In this document: positions 37,210 to 46,334 of the stretch, piece by piece
Numbering within the stretch: position 1 is the first letter of the stretch
How the letters are laid out: every line of letters begins with the position of its first letter
Source: an uncultured bacterium
GTDB lineage: Bacteria > Nitrospirota > Thermodesulfovibrionia > Thermodesulfovibrionales > JdFR-86
Assembly: GCA_965372535.1 (NCBI GenBank)
Contig: CBDVCR010000002.1
Coordinates: forward strand, 1-53,967
DNA: 53,967 nt
Reading direction: 5' to 3'
Notes under the pieces: generated by a model
Databases searched by the model: none
Seen by the model: only the letters and a program-made list of their open reading frames with translations
Told to the model about the DNA's origin: nothing
Position numbers and translations under genes: made by a program

Positions 37210-37498
37210 GCAAGCCCTGCAATAAAAGAAAAAGGAAGGCACAAAGGCACGGAGGGAAAAAGCGAAAAAATTATCCCCGTAATCCAGATTTTCCCGGTCT
37301 TCAATGTCTTTTTCCGCTCTGTGGTTTAACTGAAGTTCTCTTTTATCCGGTCGAGTTAATCGAGTTAATAGGGAGAACAAAAGCCGCCCGGCGTTAAGAC
37401 GCAAAATGTGCCTTAACCGGCATTTCAATGTCGAATGGAAAATTTCCACCGGGACCGCCGGGAAACCGGCTGGGTTGGTAATTTATTAAGCGCCTGTT

Positions 37499-38254
37499 AT
37501 GCACGTTTCGATAGTGACCATATTCCCCGAGGTCTTCGACGCATACCTCGACGTAAGCCTGATTGGCAAGGCCCGCGAAAGGGGCATCCTCAGGGTGGAC
37601 ATACACGACCTCCGGGACTTCGCCGCCGACCGCCACCGCACCGTGGACGACACTCCCTACGGCGGCGGACCGGGCATGGTGATGAAGCCGGAGCCCATTG
37701 CCGGAGCGCTGGAGCACATCAAGTCCGACGGGGAGGAGACCCGCACCATCGTGGTCACGCCCCAGGGAAGGCCGTTCAGGCAGGAGACGGCGGAGGAGCT
37801 TTCGAGGGAGACGAGGCGGCTGCTGTTCCTGTGCGGAAGGTACGAGGGGATAGACGAGCGGGTGATTGAGGAACTTGTGGACGACGAGTACTCCATCGGC
37901 GACTACGTGATGGCTGGCGGAGAACTGGCCGCATTGGTTATAATAGACGCTGCCGTCCGCCTCCTGCCCGGAGTGGTGGGAGACGAAGGCTCGCTTGCGG
38001 AGGAGTCTTTTTCGTGGGGGATACTGGACTACCCCCACTATACCAGGCCCCCGGAGTGGAAGGGCCTGAAAGTGCCGGAGGCGCTGCTTTCGGGCAACCA
38101 CCGCGAGATAGAGCTGTGGCGGAGAAAAGAGGCCCTGAGAAGGACGCTTGGAAGGAGGCCCGACCTTCTGGAAAAGGCGGCCCTTTCCGAAGAGGACCTG
38201 AGACTTATTTCCGCGATAAAGGAGGAGGAAGATGGACTTCATAAAAATGGTTGA
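37499..38254 (+). CDS. trmD: tRNA (guanine37-N1)-methyltransferase
   Basis: 'IVTIFPEVF', '[17 protein letters not shown]', '[12 protein letters not shown]', '[11 protein letters not shown]'. Confidence 0.95.
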   Translation: MHVSIVTIFPEVFDAYLDVSLIGKARERGILRVDIHDLRDFAADRHRTVDDTPYGGGPGMVMKPEPIAGALEHIKSDGEETRTIVVTPQGRPFRQETAEELSRETRRLLFLCGRYEGIDERVIEELVDDEYSIGDYVMAGGELAALVIIDAAVRLLPGVVGDEGSLAEESFSWGILDYPHYTRPPEWKGLKVPEALLSGNHREIELWRRKEALRRTLGRRPDLLEKAALSEEDLRLISAIKEEEDGLHKNG

Positions 38255-38579
38255 GGAGGGGTTCAGGAAGGAAACCGCCCCCTTCGATATCGGCGACAGC
38301 GTCAAGGTCTTCTTGAAGGTCGTCGAAGGGGACAAGGAAAGGCTCCAGCCCTTCGAGGGCGTGGTCATCTCCAGAAAAGGCGGCGGCACAAGGGAGACCT
38401 TCATGGTGCGCAAGGTGTCCTTCGGCATTGGGGTGGAGAGGATTTTCCCCCTGCATTCCCCCTCGATAGACAGGATAGAGGTGCTGAGGAAGGGTGCCGT
38501 CCGCAGGGCGAAGCTCTACTACCTGCGGCACAAGAAGGGCAAGGCGGCGAAGGTAAAGGAGAAGGAAAGGCCCAGGTAA
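38232..38579 (+). CDS. rplS: 50S ribosomal protein L19
   Basis: 'FDIGDSVKV...[15 protein letters not shown]', '[18 protein letters not shown]', '[10 protein letters not shown]'. Confidence 0.95.
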   Translation: MDFIKMVEEGFRKETAPFDIGDSVKVFLKVVEGDKERLQPFEGVVISRKGGGTRETFMVRKVSFGIGVERIFPLHSPSIDRIEVLRKGAVRRAKLYYLRHKKGKAAKVKEKERPR

Positions 38580-38642
38580 TGGGGCCCGCCCCGGAGGAAA
38601 CCTTAACCGCTGCCTCGCGAGTCCCGGAAGCGCCCCTGTCCA

Positions 38643-39275
38643 ATGGACATCTACCGCTACGATGAGTCCTTCAGGGGCGGGGAAGGCCGGGTTCTGGCCG
38701 GCATTGACGAAGCGGGCAGAGGGCCCTTGGCCGGCCCGGTCGTTGCCTCCGCCGTAGTGTTGCCCCCGGGGGTCAGGATAGAGGGGCTCAGGGACTCAAA
38801 AGAGTTGTCCCAACGGCGGCGGGAGTCCATATTCCTGGAGATTCTCTGCTCCGCCTCCCATATAGGCGTGGGCATGTCAGATGCCGAAGTAATCGACAGG
38901 GTGAACGTACTTGAGGCCACGAGGCTCGCCATGGCCGCCGCGGTGGGCGACCTCTCAACCGTACCGGATTTACTCCTCATCGACGCGGTCAAACTCCCCT
39001 CCCTGAAAATCGAGCAGTCCTCACCCGTAAAGGGCGATACGAAAAGCGCCTCCATAGCCGCCGCCTCCGTCGTCGCCAAGGTCGTAAGGGACGGCCTCAT
39101 GCTCCATTACAACGGCCTTTATCCGGGATACGGTTTTGACAGGAACAAGGGCTACGGAACGAAGGAGCACATGGAGAGGGTCAGGGCCCTGGGGCCGTGC
39201 CCCGTACACAGGAGGACGTTCGGGGGGGTCAAGACGCCGACGCTTCCGGGCTGGGCATTTCCGGGGGGTTGTTGA
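38643..39275 (+). CDS. rnhB: ribonuclease HII
   Basis: 'AGIDEAGRGPLAGPVV', 'DSKELS', 'KGDTKSASIAAASVVAKV'. Confidence 0.9.
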   Translation: MDIYRYDESFRGGEGRVLAGIDEAGRGPLAGPVVASAVVLPPGVRIEGLRDSKELSQRRRESIFLEILCSASHIGVGMSDAEVIDRVNVLEATRLAMAAAVGDLSTVPDLLLIDAVKLPSLKIEQSSPVKGDTKSASIAAASVVAKVVRDGLMLHYNGLYPGYGFDRNKGYGTKEHMERVRALGPCPVHRRTFGGVKTPTLPGWAFPGGC

Positions 39276-41217
39276 CGGGGAGGACCACGGTGAACGCGGT
39301 GCCCTTGCCCTCCTCGCTCTGCACTTCTATGCGGCCGTTATGGCTCTGTATCACCCTGTAGCTTACGGACAGGCCTATGCCCGTGCCCTTTTCCTCCTTG
39401 GTGCTGAAGAAGGGCTCGAATATCCTTGACAGCAGCTCCCTGGGGATTCCCTCGCCGGTATCGGATATCTTTACGAGCACGTTGCCCCCGTTGCTTGAGG
39501 TGCATATGGTCAGTTTGCCCTCGTTTTGCATGGCGTAGATGGCGTTGTTGACGATGTTTATGAACACCTGCTTGAGCTGGTTTTCGTCGCCCCTGATGGT
39601 GGGGACGTCGCCGAAGTCCCTGATGATTTTTACATTGCCGTCCTTCGTGTGGATATTGGTAAGGTCGGTGATGTCCCCGAGCAGTTCGTTGACGTCAAGT
39701 TCCGCGATGTTAAGGGAGCGCTTTCTGGAGAACTCAAGGAGCTGGCGCACTATTTCCCTGGCCCGCAGGGTCTCCTTTTCGATTACGTCTATGTCTCTGG
39801 ATATGCCCTCGATGTCGGGCTCCTCCCTGATAAGCTGTGCATAGCCGAGCACCGTGGTAAGGGGGTTGTTTATCTCGTGGGCGACGTTGGAGGCGACCTC
39901 CCCGATGGCCACGAGTTTAGCGGCCTGCACAAGCTGCTCCTGCGCGTCCCGGATCTCCTGCATCTGGCCCCGGAGGTCGGAGTAAAGCCTGGCGTTTTCC
40001 AGCGCCACGGTGACGTTGTTGGCAAGGATGGCCAGCAGCCGTGCGTCTTCCTCGGTGAAGTCCCCGCTCCGCTTGTTGGCCACCCGTATGGCCCCGGTCA
40101 CCTTCCCTTTCTGCCGTATCCATACGAGCATGAGGTTGCGCACGCCGAGTTTCGCGTCTATCTCGTAGGTCCACGAGGACCGGATGTCGCTGTTCAGTAT
40201 CATGGCCCTCCTGTTTGAGGGGGCGTAGAATTCCATGAAGGTCTCGTGGGGGACATTGAAGAGTTTAAGGGCCTCCCTGTCCAGCCCGACGGCCGGAGAC
40301 ATGTGGACAAAGTGGTCGCCGTGGCGGAGCATGAGGCCGCACTGCTCGACGTCCACAAGCTCCGCCACGCCGTAGGCGAGTTCGCGGTATATCTCGCCCT
40401 CGTTGGCTATCGAGTGGAACGTGAGCGTGACGCTGTAGAGGTTTGAGAGGCTGTTGAGGTGTCGCATGACCTTCCTGTTGCTCTGGTCGAGCGACAGGCT
40501 CATGTCGTTGAAGGCGTCTATCAGCTCGCCGAACTCCGCCTTCCCCTTGTACCGGGTGGTGTAGCCCAGTTCCCCGGCCTTGATGCGCCTCGTCGCGTCA
40601 ACCAGCTCGTCTATCGGCTCGGTTATCTGCCTCGTCATTACGACGGCGATGGCGATGGCGATAAAGAAAGAGAGGATAAGAGTTATTATCAGTATTACCT
40701 TGGAGTTGTTTATCTCCTGGAGCGATTTAAAGGTCTTGTCGTTCAGCTTCTGGCCCGCTATAAGGGTCATTTCCTGAACCCTGTCGAGCAGGGTGGTGCC
40801 GATGCCGATGGCCACCATCCTGAGCCGCTCTATCCTCTTGGTGTTGGCCGAGGTCGTGATAAGGTAGCTAAGGGCGTCCTGGTACTGCTCTATCAGGCTG
40901 ACCACGCCCGTCAGCTTTTCCCGGATTTCCTCGTTGTGGTGGCACTGCAGGCACTTCCGGGAGGACTTGTCCAGGTCTATGACGTTTTCCACTATGACGT
41001 CCAGCTCCTGGCCGAAGGCGGTGGCGAAGGAGTACAGGTGGCTCTGGACGGTCTGGGCGCGTATGACGAGGTCCTGGCGGATTATCTCCACCCGGTGCAG
41101 GTTGATGACGGACTGCATGTTCGTGGTCGTCTTGTACAGGTAGAGCATGGTAATGCCCGAACCCGCAAGGAACAGGGTGAAGAGTATGAGCAGAGATGAT
41201 ATAATCCTGTTTCTCAT
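39229..41217 (-). CDS. sensor histidine kinase (TM sensor - HAMP - GAF - HisKA - HATPase)
   Basis: Start reset to 'MRNRIISSLLILF' (ATGA overlap with the upstream stop). H-box 'VAHEINNPLTTVLGYAQL', N-box 'INIVNNAIYAM', 'ISDTGEGI', 'GTGIGLSV'. Confidence 0.85.
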   Translation of the reverse strand: MRNRIISSLLILFTLFLAGSGITMLYLYKTTTNMQSVINLHRVEIIRQDLVIRAQTVQSHLYSFATAFGQELDVIVENVIDLDKSSRKCLQCHHNEEIREKLTGVVSLIEQYQDALSYLITTSANTKRIERLRMVAIGIGTTLLDRVQEMTLIAGQKLNDKTFKSLQEINNSKVILIITLILSFFIAIAIAVVMTRQITEPIDELVDATRRIKAGELGYTTRYKGKAEFGELIDAFNDMSLSLDQSNRKVMRHLNSLSNLYSVTLTFHSIANEGEIYRELAYGVAELVDVEQCGLMLRHGDHFVHMSPAVGLDREALKLFNVPHETFMEFYAPSNRRAMILNSDIRSSWTYEIDAKLGVRNLMLVWIRQKGKVTGAIRVANKRSGDFTEEDARLLAILANNVTVALENARLYSDLRGQMQEIRDAQEQLVQAAKLVAIGEVASNVAHEINNPLTTVLGYAQLIREEPDIEGISRDIDVIEKETLRAREIVRQLLEFSRKRSLNIAELDVNELLGDITDLTNIHTKDGNVKIIRDFGDVPTIRGDENQLKQVFINIVNNAIYAMQNEGKLTICTSSNGGNVLVKISDTGEGIPRELLSRIFEPFFSTKEEKGTGIGLSVSYRVIQSHNGRIEVQSEEGKGTAFTVVLPVNNPPEMPSPEASAS

Positions 41218-42101
41218 TTGCGATAGAACTTCCTGAGGTCTATCCCCGCCTTCGCCGCCAGTCCCCTGACCGGGACGAAGTCCTTCTTTTCGGCGGGAAC
41301 GAACCTCTGCGCCTCCATTTCCTTCAGCACCTTTTTGCCCTCCGGGTCCTCGTGCATCGAAAGCAGCGTCTTCCGCAGCTTTTCCTTGAACTCCGGGGGA
41401 AGGTCGCCCCTTACGCACAACGTGTTGTCGGGCAGTTCCATGGACCTGGACAATACCGTTATCTCGTCTTTCAGCACCGGGTCTTTCAGGCTGAGTTTGT
41501 CCAGCACCCGGCCCTTTACCGTGCCCACCTCGGCCCTCCCGGCAAGCACGGCATATACCGTGGTGTCGTGGCTGCCCGTGAAGTAATGCTCGCCGAAATA
41601 ATTGCCGGGGTCCTTCACGCCATGCTCTCTCAGGTATACCAGCGCGTAAACGAAGCCGGTCGCGGTGTACTCGTCCACGAAGGCGGCTTTCCTGCCTTTC
41701 ATGTCGCTTACGCTCCTGATTCCCGTGTCCTTCCTGGTGAAAATGTAGCTCTTCGCGGTCGTGCCGCCGTCGAGGTTCATCGGCCTGGCCAGGGGCTCCA
41801 CGCCGAGGAATTCCTGCGCGAGGACGGCGGTGAAGATGCCGAAGAACGCCCCGTCCAGCTCCCTCGATGCAAACCTCCTGATGATGTGCGGGTACCTGCT
41901 CAGTATGGTAAACCTCACCCTGACGCCGAGCTTGTCGCTCAGGTACTCGGCCAGCGGCCTGTGCTTTCTGACCTGCCTGAAGATGTTCTCCTCGGGTATG
42001 AGGCCCAGGAGGAACTCCTCGTCCTCTTCCGCGAAGGCCCCGGAAGGCGCCAGGACGAGCGAAAAAAGAAGGAGCAGGCTTATGAGCTTTTTCTTCTCCA
42101 T
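41214..42101 (-). CDS. periplasmic substrate-binding protein, PhnD-like
   Basis: Signal peptide, 'LLGLIPEENIFRQVRKHRPLAEYLSDKLG', 'TATGFVYA'. Confidence 0.75.
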   Translation of the reverse strand: MEKKKLISLLLLFSLVLAPSGAFAEEDEEFLLGLIPEENIFRQVRKHRPLAEYLSDKLGVRVRFTILSRYPHIIRRFASRELDGAFFGIFTAVLAQEFLGVEPLARPMNLDGGTTAKSYIFTRKDTGIRSVSDMKGRKAAFVDEYTATGFVYALVYLREHGVKDPGNYFGEHYFTGSHDTTVYAVLAGRAEVGTVKGRVLDKLSLKDPVLKDEITVLSRSMELPDNTLCVRGDLPPEFKEKLRKTLLSMHEDPEGKKVLKEMEAQRFVPAEKKDFVPVRGLAAKAGIDLRKFYRK

Positions 42102-43072
42102 CAGTAAATCAGCCTTGTGGCCTCCGTCACGAGGTCCATCGGTATCCTGATGCCGAGTTCCTGCGCTTCTCTTAAATTAAACACGATTTCCACGTCCTTT
42201 GAGCAGCCTTTGGGTATGTCGGCGGCGGATGTGCCTCCCAGCAGTCTGAGGAGCCTTTTCGCGGCCTCTCTCCCGTGCTCGGTCGGGCTTGCGTGAAAAG
42301 TTATAGTGGAGTAAGAGTCGCTCCGGTAAATGAGGGAGGCCGTGAGCATCTTCCTTATTCTGGCTATGCGAGTGACGGTGGGGTATACGCTGTTTATAAG
42401 GGAGGAGGACGTTATAAACAGCGCCTTGGCGTCCATGCTGGAGAGCAGCACGGAAATGTCGGCCGGTTTCTTCAGGTCCAGGGGCACGACCGAGAACCCG
42501 TACTTTTGCGATAGGCGTTTGATTACCTTGAACTGTGCTATCGAGTCCTCCTCGAGGCTGCAGTAGAGGATGCCGAGTTTCTTGTCGGAGGCGGAGTAAT
42601 TGAGATACCTTACAAGCGACGAGACAGGGAACTTCGAACATATGCCGGTTATGTTTTTCGCCTTGATGCGCAAGGCGATGGGCTCGTATACCGCGGCGTA
42701 TATGACGGGGATTCCCGGCCTCTGCCTCAGGGCCGAAAGGGTCGCGGGCGCGCCGTAGGTCACGATTACGTCAACGTCCTCGGCTATGAGCTTCCGCGAG
42801 GCGTTGGCAAGGGCGATGGGGTCGGCGTGGGGCCTCTGGATTATGAAATTAAGCCCTGCGGGGCCTCTGTCCTTAATAAAAGACATGAGTTCCTCGTTGG
42901 CCTCTTCATGGAACGCCCTGCCGTGGGTTACGATGACGCCGATGGTCTGGGCATACCCTGACCGCGGCGGGATGACGGCCAATATCGCCGCAAAGAGCAG
43001 GACAAATGCGGGTTTTCCAGATACAAATGACTTAAGGACGCCCTTCCGGTACATTATACATTTATTATACAA
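42101..43072 (-). CDS. periplasmic substrate-binding protein (ABC_sub_bind-like)
   Basis: Signal/TM N-terminus and 'TIGVIVTHG...DVDVIVTYGAPATL' periplasmic-binding fold pattern. The assignment is tentative. Confidence 0.65.
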   Translation of the reverse strand: MYNKCIMYRKGVLKSFVSGKPAFVLLFAAILAVIPPRSGYAQTIGVIVTHGRAFHEEANEELMSFIKDRGPAGLNFIIQRPHADPIALANASRKLIAEDVDVIVTYGAPATLSALRQRPGIPVIYAAVYEPIALRIKAKNITGICSKFPVSSLVRYLNYSASDKKLGILYCSLEEDSIAQFKVIKRLSQKYGFSVVPLDLKKPADISVLLSSMDAKALFITSSSLINSVYPTVTRIARIRKMLTASLIYRSDSYSTITFHASPTEHGREAAKRLLRLLGGTSAADIPKGCSKDVEIVFNLREAQELGIRIPMDLVTEATRLIY

Positions 43073-43093
43073 TAAAATTAGCGGCGCTTCCCC

Positions 43094-44575
43094 TCATGAA
43101 CTCACCAGTTGCAGCGTCTTCATAAGGGCCTCGGCTTTTTTAAGCGATTCAAGGTATTCCCGTTCCGGGTCGGAGTCCGCCACTATCCCGGCGCCCGCCT
43201 GGACGTAAGCCTTTTGCCCCTTTATGGTGAACGTCCTTATGACGATGTTAAGGTCCATCGAGCCGCCGAAGCCGAGGTAGCCGACGGAGCCGGTATAAGG
43301 CCCCCTTCTCAAGGGCTCAAGTTCGTCGATTATCTCCATGCAGCGCACCTTGGGCACCCCGGTGATGGTACCGCCGGGGAACACGGCCCGGATGACGTCC
43401 GTCAGGGTTTTGCCCGGAGCGAGGGCGCCCTTGACGTTGGAGACGATATGCATCACATGGGAGTAGTCCTCGGTAATCATAAGCTCGTCCGCCTCCACGC
43501 TGCCGTAATCGCACACCCTGCCGAGGTCGTTCCTTTCGAGGTCGATGAGCATTATGTGCTCCGCCCGTTCCTTCTCGTTAAGCAGGAGCTCGTCGCGCAT
43601 GCGCATGTCCTCTCCGGCGTCCTTCCCCCTCGGCCGGGTGCCTGCAATGGGCCTTGTCTCGACCGAACCGCCGCAAACCCGGACCAGCCGCTCCGGCGAG
43701 GAACTCACAATCTGGTAATCCCCGAAGTCCATGAACGCCGCGAAGGGAGCGGGGTTTACGTCCCTCAGCACCGAATAAAGCCGCCAGGGGCTGATGTCCC
43801 CGATGGAGGCCGAAACCCTGAGGGACAGGTTCGCCTGGAAAATATCCCCTGCCGCTATGTACTCCCTGGCCCTTTTTACCATATCGGTATAGTATTTCCT
43901 CGTCGTATCATGGGTTATCTCCACCCTGCCGCCCCTGCGGGGTAATGTCCTGTCCACGCGGCGGCGGTCCATCGCCCGGATGATTTTCGCCACCTCCTCC
44001 TCCGCCTCGTCATAGTCGGAAGGCCAGTCCGGGGCGGTTTTTCGCCTTGCGCCGGGGCAGAAGACGGCCCATGCCTTTTTTTCGAGGTGGTCGAAGGCCA
44101 AAACCCTGTCAGCCATCAGAAAATGGGCGTCGGGCACGCCGAGGTCGTCCTTCGTGGTGGCGGGCGCCCGTTCGAGGTAATGGACGAAGTCGTAGCTCAA
44201 AAGGCCCACGCCGCCTCCCTGAAACGGCGGCAGCGCGGGGTCGGGTCTCTGCCTGTAGCCCCGGGTGAGGGTCCTCAGCGCCCCCAGTGGACCGCCGGCA
44301 AGCGTTTTGGTTCCCTCGCCGTCCTTAAGTTCCGCCGCACCGTCCTTGATTTTATATTCCGCGTACGGGGAAAAACCGATGAAAGAGTACCGGGCTATCT
44401 TGAACGGCCCCTTGACGCTTTCGAGCAGAAAACTCCCCGGACCGGAAAAAGAAGGGTATAGCGAGGCGGGCGAGGCATAGGGCACGGGGGCGTAAAGGGG
44501 AGGCGTTGCGCCGCTTTTTACGGCCTCAAGGAAAGCCTTCTTGGTGGCCGATAACCGGAAAAGGGCGTCTGTCAT
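43094..44575 (-). CDS. chorismate-utilising enzyme, anthranilate/aminodeoxychorismate synthase component I (TrpE/PabB family)
   Basis: Start reset to 'MTDALFRL'. 'FLLESV', 'SSSPERLV', 'IAGTRPRG', 'PGGTITGVPKVRCMEIIDELE', 'RGPYTGSVGY'. Confidence 0.85.
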   Translation of the reverse strand: MTDALFRLSATKKAFLEAVKSGATPPLYAPVPYASPASLYPSFSGPGSFLLESVKGPFKIARYSFIGFSPYAEYKIKDGAAELKDGEGTKTLAGGPLGALRTLTRGYRQRPDPALPPFQGGGVGLLSYDFVHYLERAPATTKDDLGVPDAHFLMADRVLAFDHLEKKAWAVFCPGARRKTAPDWPSDYDEAEEEVAKIIRAMDRRRVDRTLPRRGGRVEITHDTTRKYYTDMVKRAREYIAAGDIFQANLSLRVSASIGDISPWRLYSVLRDVNPAPFAAFMDFGDYQIVSSSPERLVRVCGGSVETRPIAGTRPRGKDAGEDMRMRDELLLNEKERAEHIMLIDLERNDLGRVCDYGSVEADELMITEDYSHVMHIVSNVKGALAPGKTLTDVIRAVFPGGTITGVPKVRCMEIIDELEPLRRGPYTGSVGYLGFGGSMDLNIVIRTFTIKGQKAYVQAGAGIVADSDPEREYLESLKKAEALMKTLQLVSS

Positions 44576-44586
44576 GAGAGCGGCCC

Positions 44587-45306
44587 CTATCTGGCGGTCA
44601 GCATCTCCACCGTTATGAGGTCCAGGGCCTTGAGGGAGTCGGGCTGGTCGAGGATTGAGCGCCCCACGACCAGGTAGTCGGCCCCCTCCCTGACGGCCTG
44701 CCTCGGGGTCATGGTCCTTTTCTGGTCGTCGGGCGGGCTCCATGAGGGCCTGATGCCGGGCGTCACTATGAGGAAATTCTCCCTGCAGTGTTTCCTTATC
44801 AGGGAGACTTCATGGCCGGAGGCGATAACGCCGTCGAAGCCGGCCTCGTCCGCCAGTTTCGAGAGTTTCTTGACATGGGTCCTGAGGCTGTGCTGGATGC
44901 CGAACTCCTCCTTGAACGGTTCGGGCCCCAGGCTGGTGAGCACCGTGACCCCGAGTATCCTGGGCCTCGGAAGGTTTTCCCTGGCGCAGAGGTCGGCCAC
45001 GGCGTCCGCGCACCTTTTCATGGTCTCAAGGCCGGAGGAGGCGTGGACGTTGAACATATGCACCCCGAGCCGGGTCGCGGCCAGCGCGGCCCTGGCCACG
45101 GTGTTGGGTATGTCGTGGAACTTCAGGTCAAGGAAGACTTTCTTGCCCCTCTGCTGGATGGCGCGGACCACCGAAGGGCCGGCCGAGGAGAAAAGCTCAA
45201 GCCCCACCTTGAATATTTCTATCTGCCCGCCGAAGCGGTCCACCGCATCGAGCGCGTAGCCTTCGCCGCTTACGTCAAGGGCGAGAATGATTTTTTCCCT
45301 GGCCAC
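44587..45306 (-). CDS. pyrF: orotidine 5'-phosphate decarboxylase
   Basis: 'KIILALDV', 'FKVGLELF', 'VFLDLKFHDIPNT'. GTG start inferred at 45306; the longer ORF would run into dcd. Confidence 0.8.
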   Translation of the reverse strand: MAREKIILALDVSGEGYALDAVDRFGGQIEIFKVGLELFSSAGPSVVRAIQQRGKKVFLDLKFHDIPNTVARAALAATRLGVHMFNVHASSGLETMKRCADAVADLCARENLPRPRILGVTVLTSLGPEPFKEEFGIQHSLRTHVKKLSKLADEAGFDGVIASGHEVSLIRKHCRENFLIVTPGIRPSWSPPDDQKRTMTPRQAVREGADYLVVGRSILDQPDSLKALDLITVEMLTAR

Positions 45307-45851
45307 TATAACCTCTGGTGGGTGATGTCCTTCTGCGCCTGGTATTTCCCCGCCCTGTCGGCGTAGGACGTTTCGCAGACCTCCACGGCGCCGAGGAATA
45401 TTACCTGTGCGATTCCCTCGTTTGCATAGACCCTGGCGGGAAGCGGCGCCGTGTTGGAAATGGATATGGTCACGAACCCCTCCCACTCGGGCTCAAGGGG
45501 GGTTACGTTTACCACCACCCCGCACCTGGCGTATGTGGACTTGCCGAAACATACGGCCAGCACGTCTCTTGGCAGCCTGAAGTACTCGAGGGAGCGGCCG
45601 AGGGCGTAGGAGTTGGGGGGGATTACGCAGACATCGCCCTTGAAGTCCACGAAATGCCCGCGGTCGGCCTCCTTCGGGTCGACGACTCCCTCCGCGGCCT
45701 GGAAAATCCGGAACTCCCCGGAAAGCCTCATGTCGTATCCGTAGGAGCCGACGCCGGAGGAGATGACGCCTTCTTTTTTCAGCGTCTCGTTAAACGGCTC
45801 TATCATGCCCTTTGCGGCCATCTCCCTTATCCAGAGGTCGTTTTTAGGCAT
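45306..45851 (-). CDS. dcd: dCTP deaminase
   Basis: Start reset to '[11 protein letters not shown]'. '[10 protein letters not shown]', 'KSTYARCG', 'EPEWEG.VT..ISN'. Confidence 0.9.
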   Translation of the reverse strand: MPKNDLWIREMAAKGMIEPFNETLKKEGVISSGVGSYGYDMRLSGEFRIFQAAEGVVDPKEADRGHFVDFKGDVCVIPPNSYALGRSLEYFRLPRDVLAVCFGKSTYARCGVVVNVTPLEPEWEGFVTISISNTAPLPARVYANEGIAQVIFLGAVEVCETSYADRAGKYQAQKDITHQRL

Positions 45852-46334
45852 CCAGAAGATTACCACAAGGCCGCGGCGCAATACAAGAAAAAGAGAAAAT
45901 ATTTTCGGAAAAACGGGTTGATTTGTATTATAATAGTGCAAGGGTAGGACAGAGTTACCTGCCCTGTGCGTGAAGGGCGGAGAATGTTGATCCAACAAAT
46001 TAGATCTATCGGGAGCCCGCGTAAGAAGTGCGGTGAGCAAGTCTTCCCTCACGAGGGAAGAAAGCCTGAAGGCTTCTTCAGGGCACCCACCTATGTAACA
46101 GGGGGTCTAAATTCTCATGCCTGGCACGGCAGGGCGGGTTTAGGTTTTCATGGGGAGTTCATGGCAGGTTTTCAAATCGAAAATAAATGTGAAATATCCG
46201 AACCGGGGCGCGCGCCCCGTAACGTAAATTTCAGGAAATCACGCCATAAACCCCTCGCCCCCGGAAGCACCTGCTTCCTGACCTGACCTTTCTGTCCTTT
46301 CCCTAAAGACCGTACAGTTGAGGAGGAGCGCCAT

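Noticed and set aside
41218-41418. N-terminal extension of the histidine-kinase ORF. Analogous extensions: 44576..44743 (TrpE/PabB-like), 45307..45486 (pyrF), 45852..46052 (dcd), 31895..31963 (ThiC-like), 2992..3087 (GT4).
   Set aside because: The extensions overlap the preceding gene or regulatory structures and are low-complexity. Internal starts give family-typical N-termini, often with ATGA/TAATG coupling or a proper SD.
46255-46292. SRP (4.5S) RNA-like motif on the minus strand (GGTCAGGTCAGGAAGCAGG)
   Set aside because: It resembles the conserved GUCAGGUCCGGAAGGAAGCAGC only partially. The GGAA tetraloop region and the complementary 3' strand are missing, and no flanking helix 5 pairing is found. 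It is more simply a small hairpin (GGAAGCA-CC-TGCTTCC) in the rny leader.
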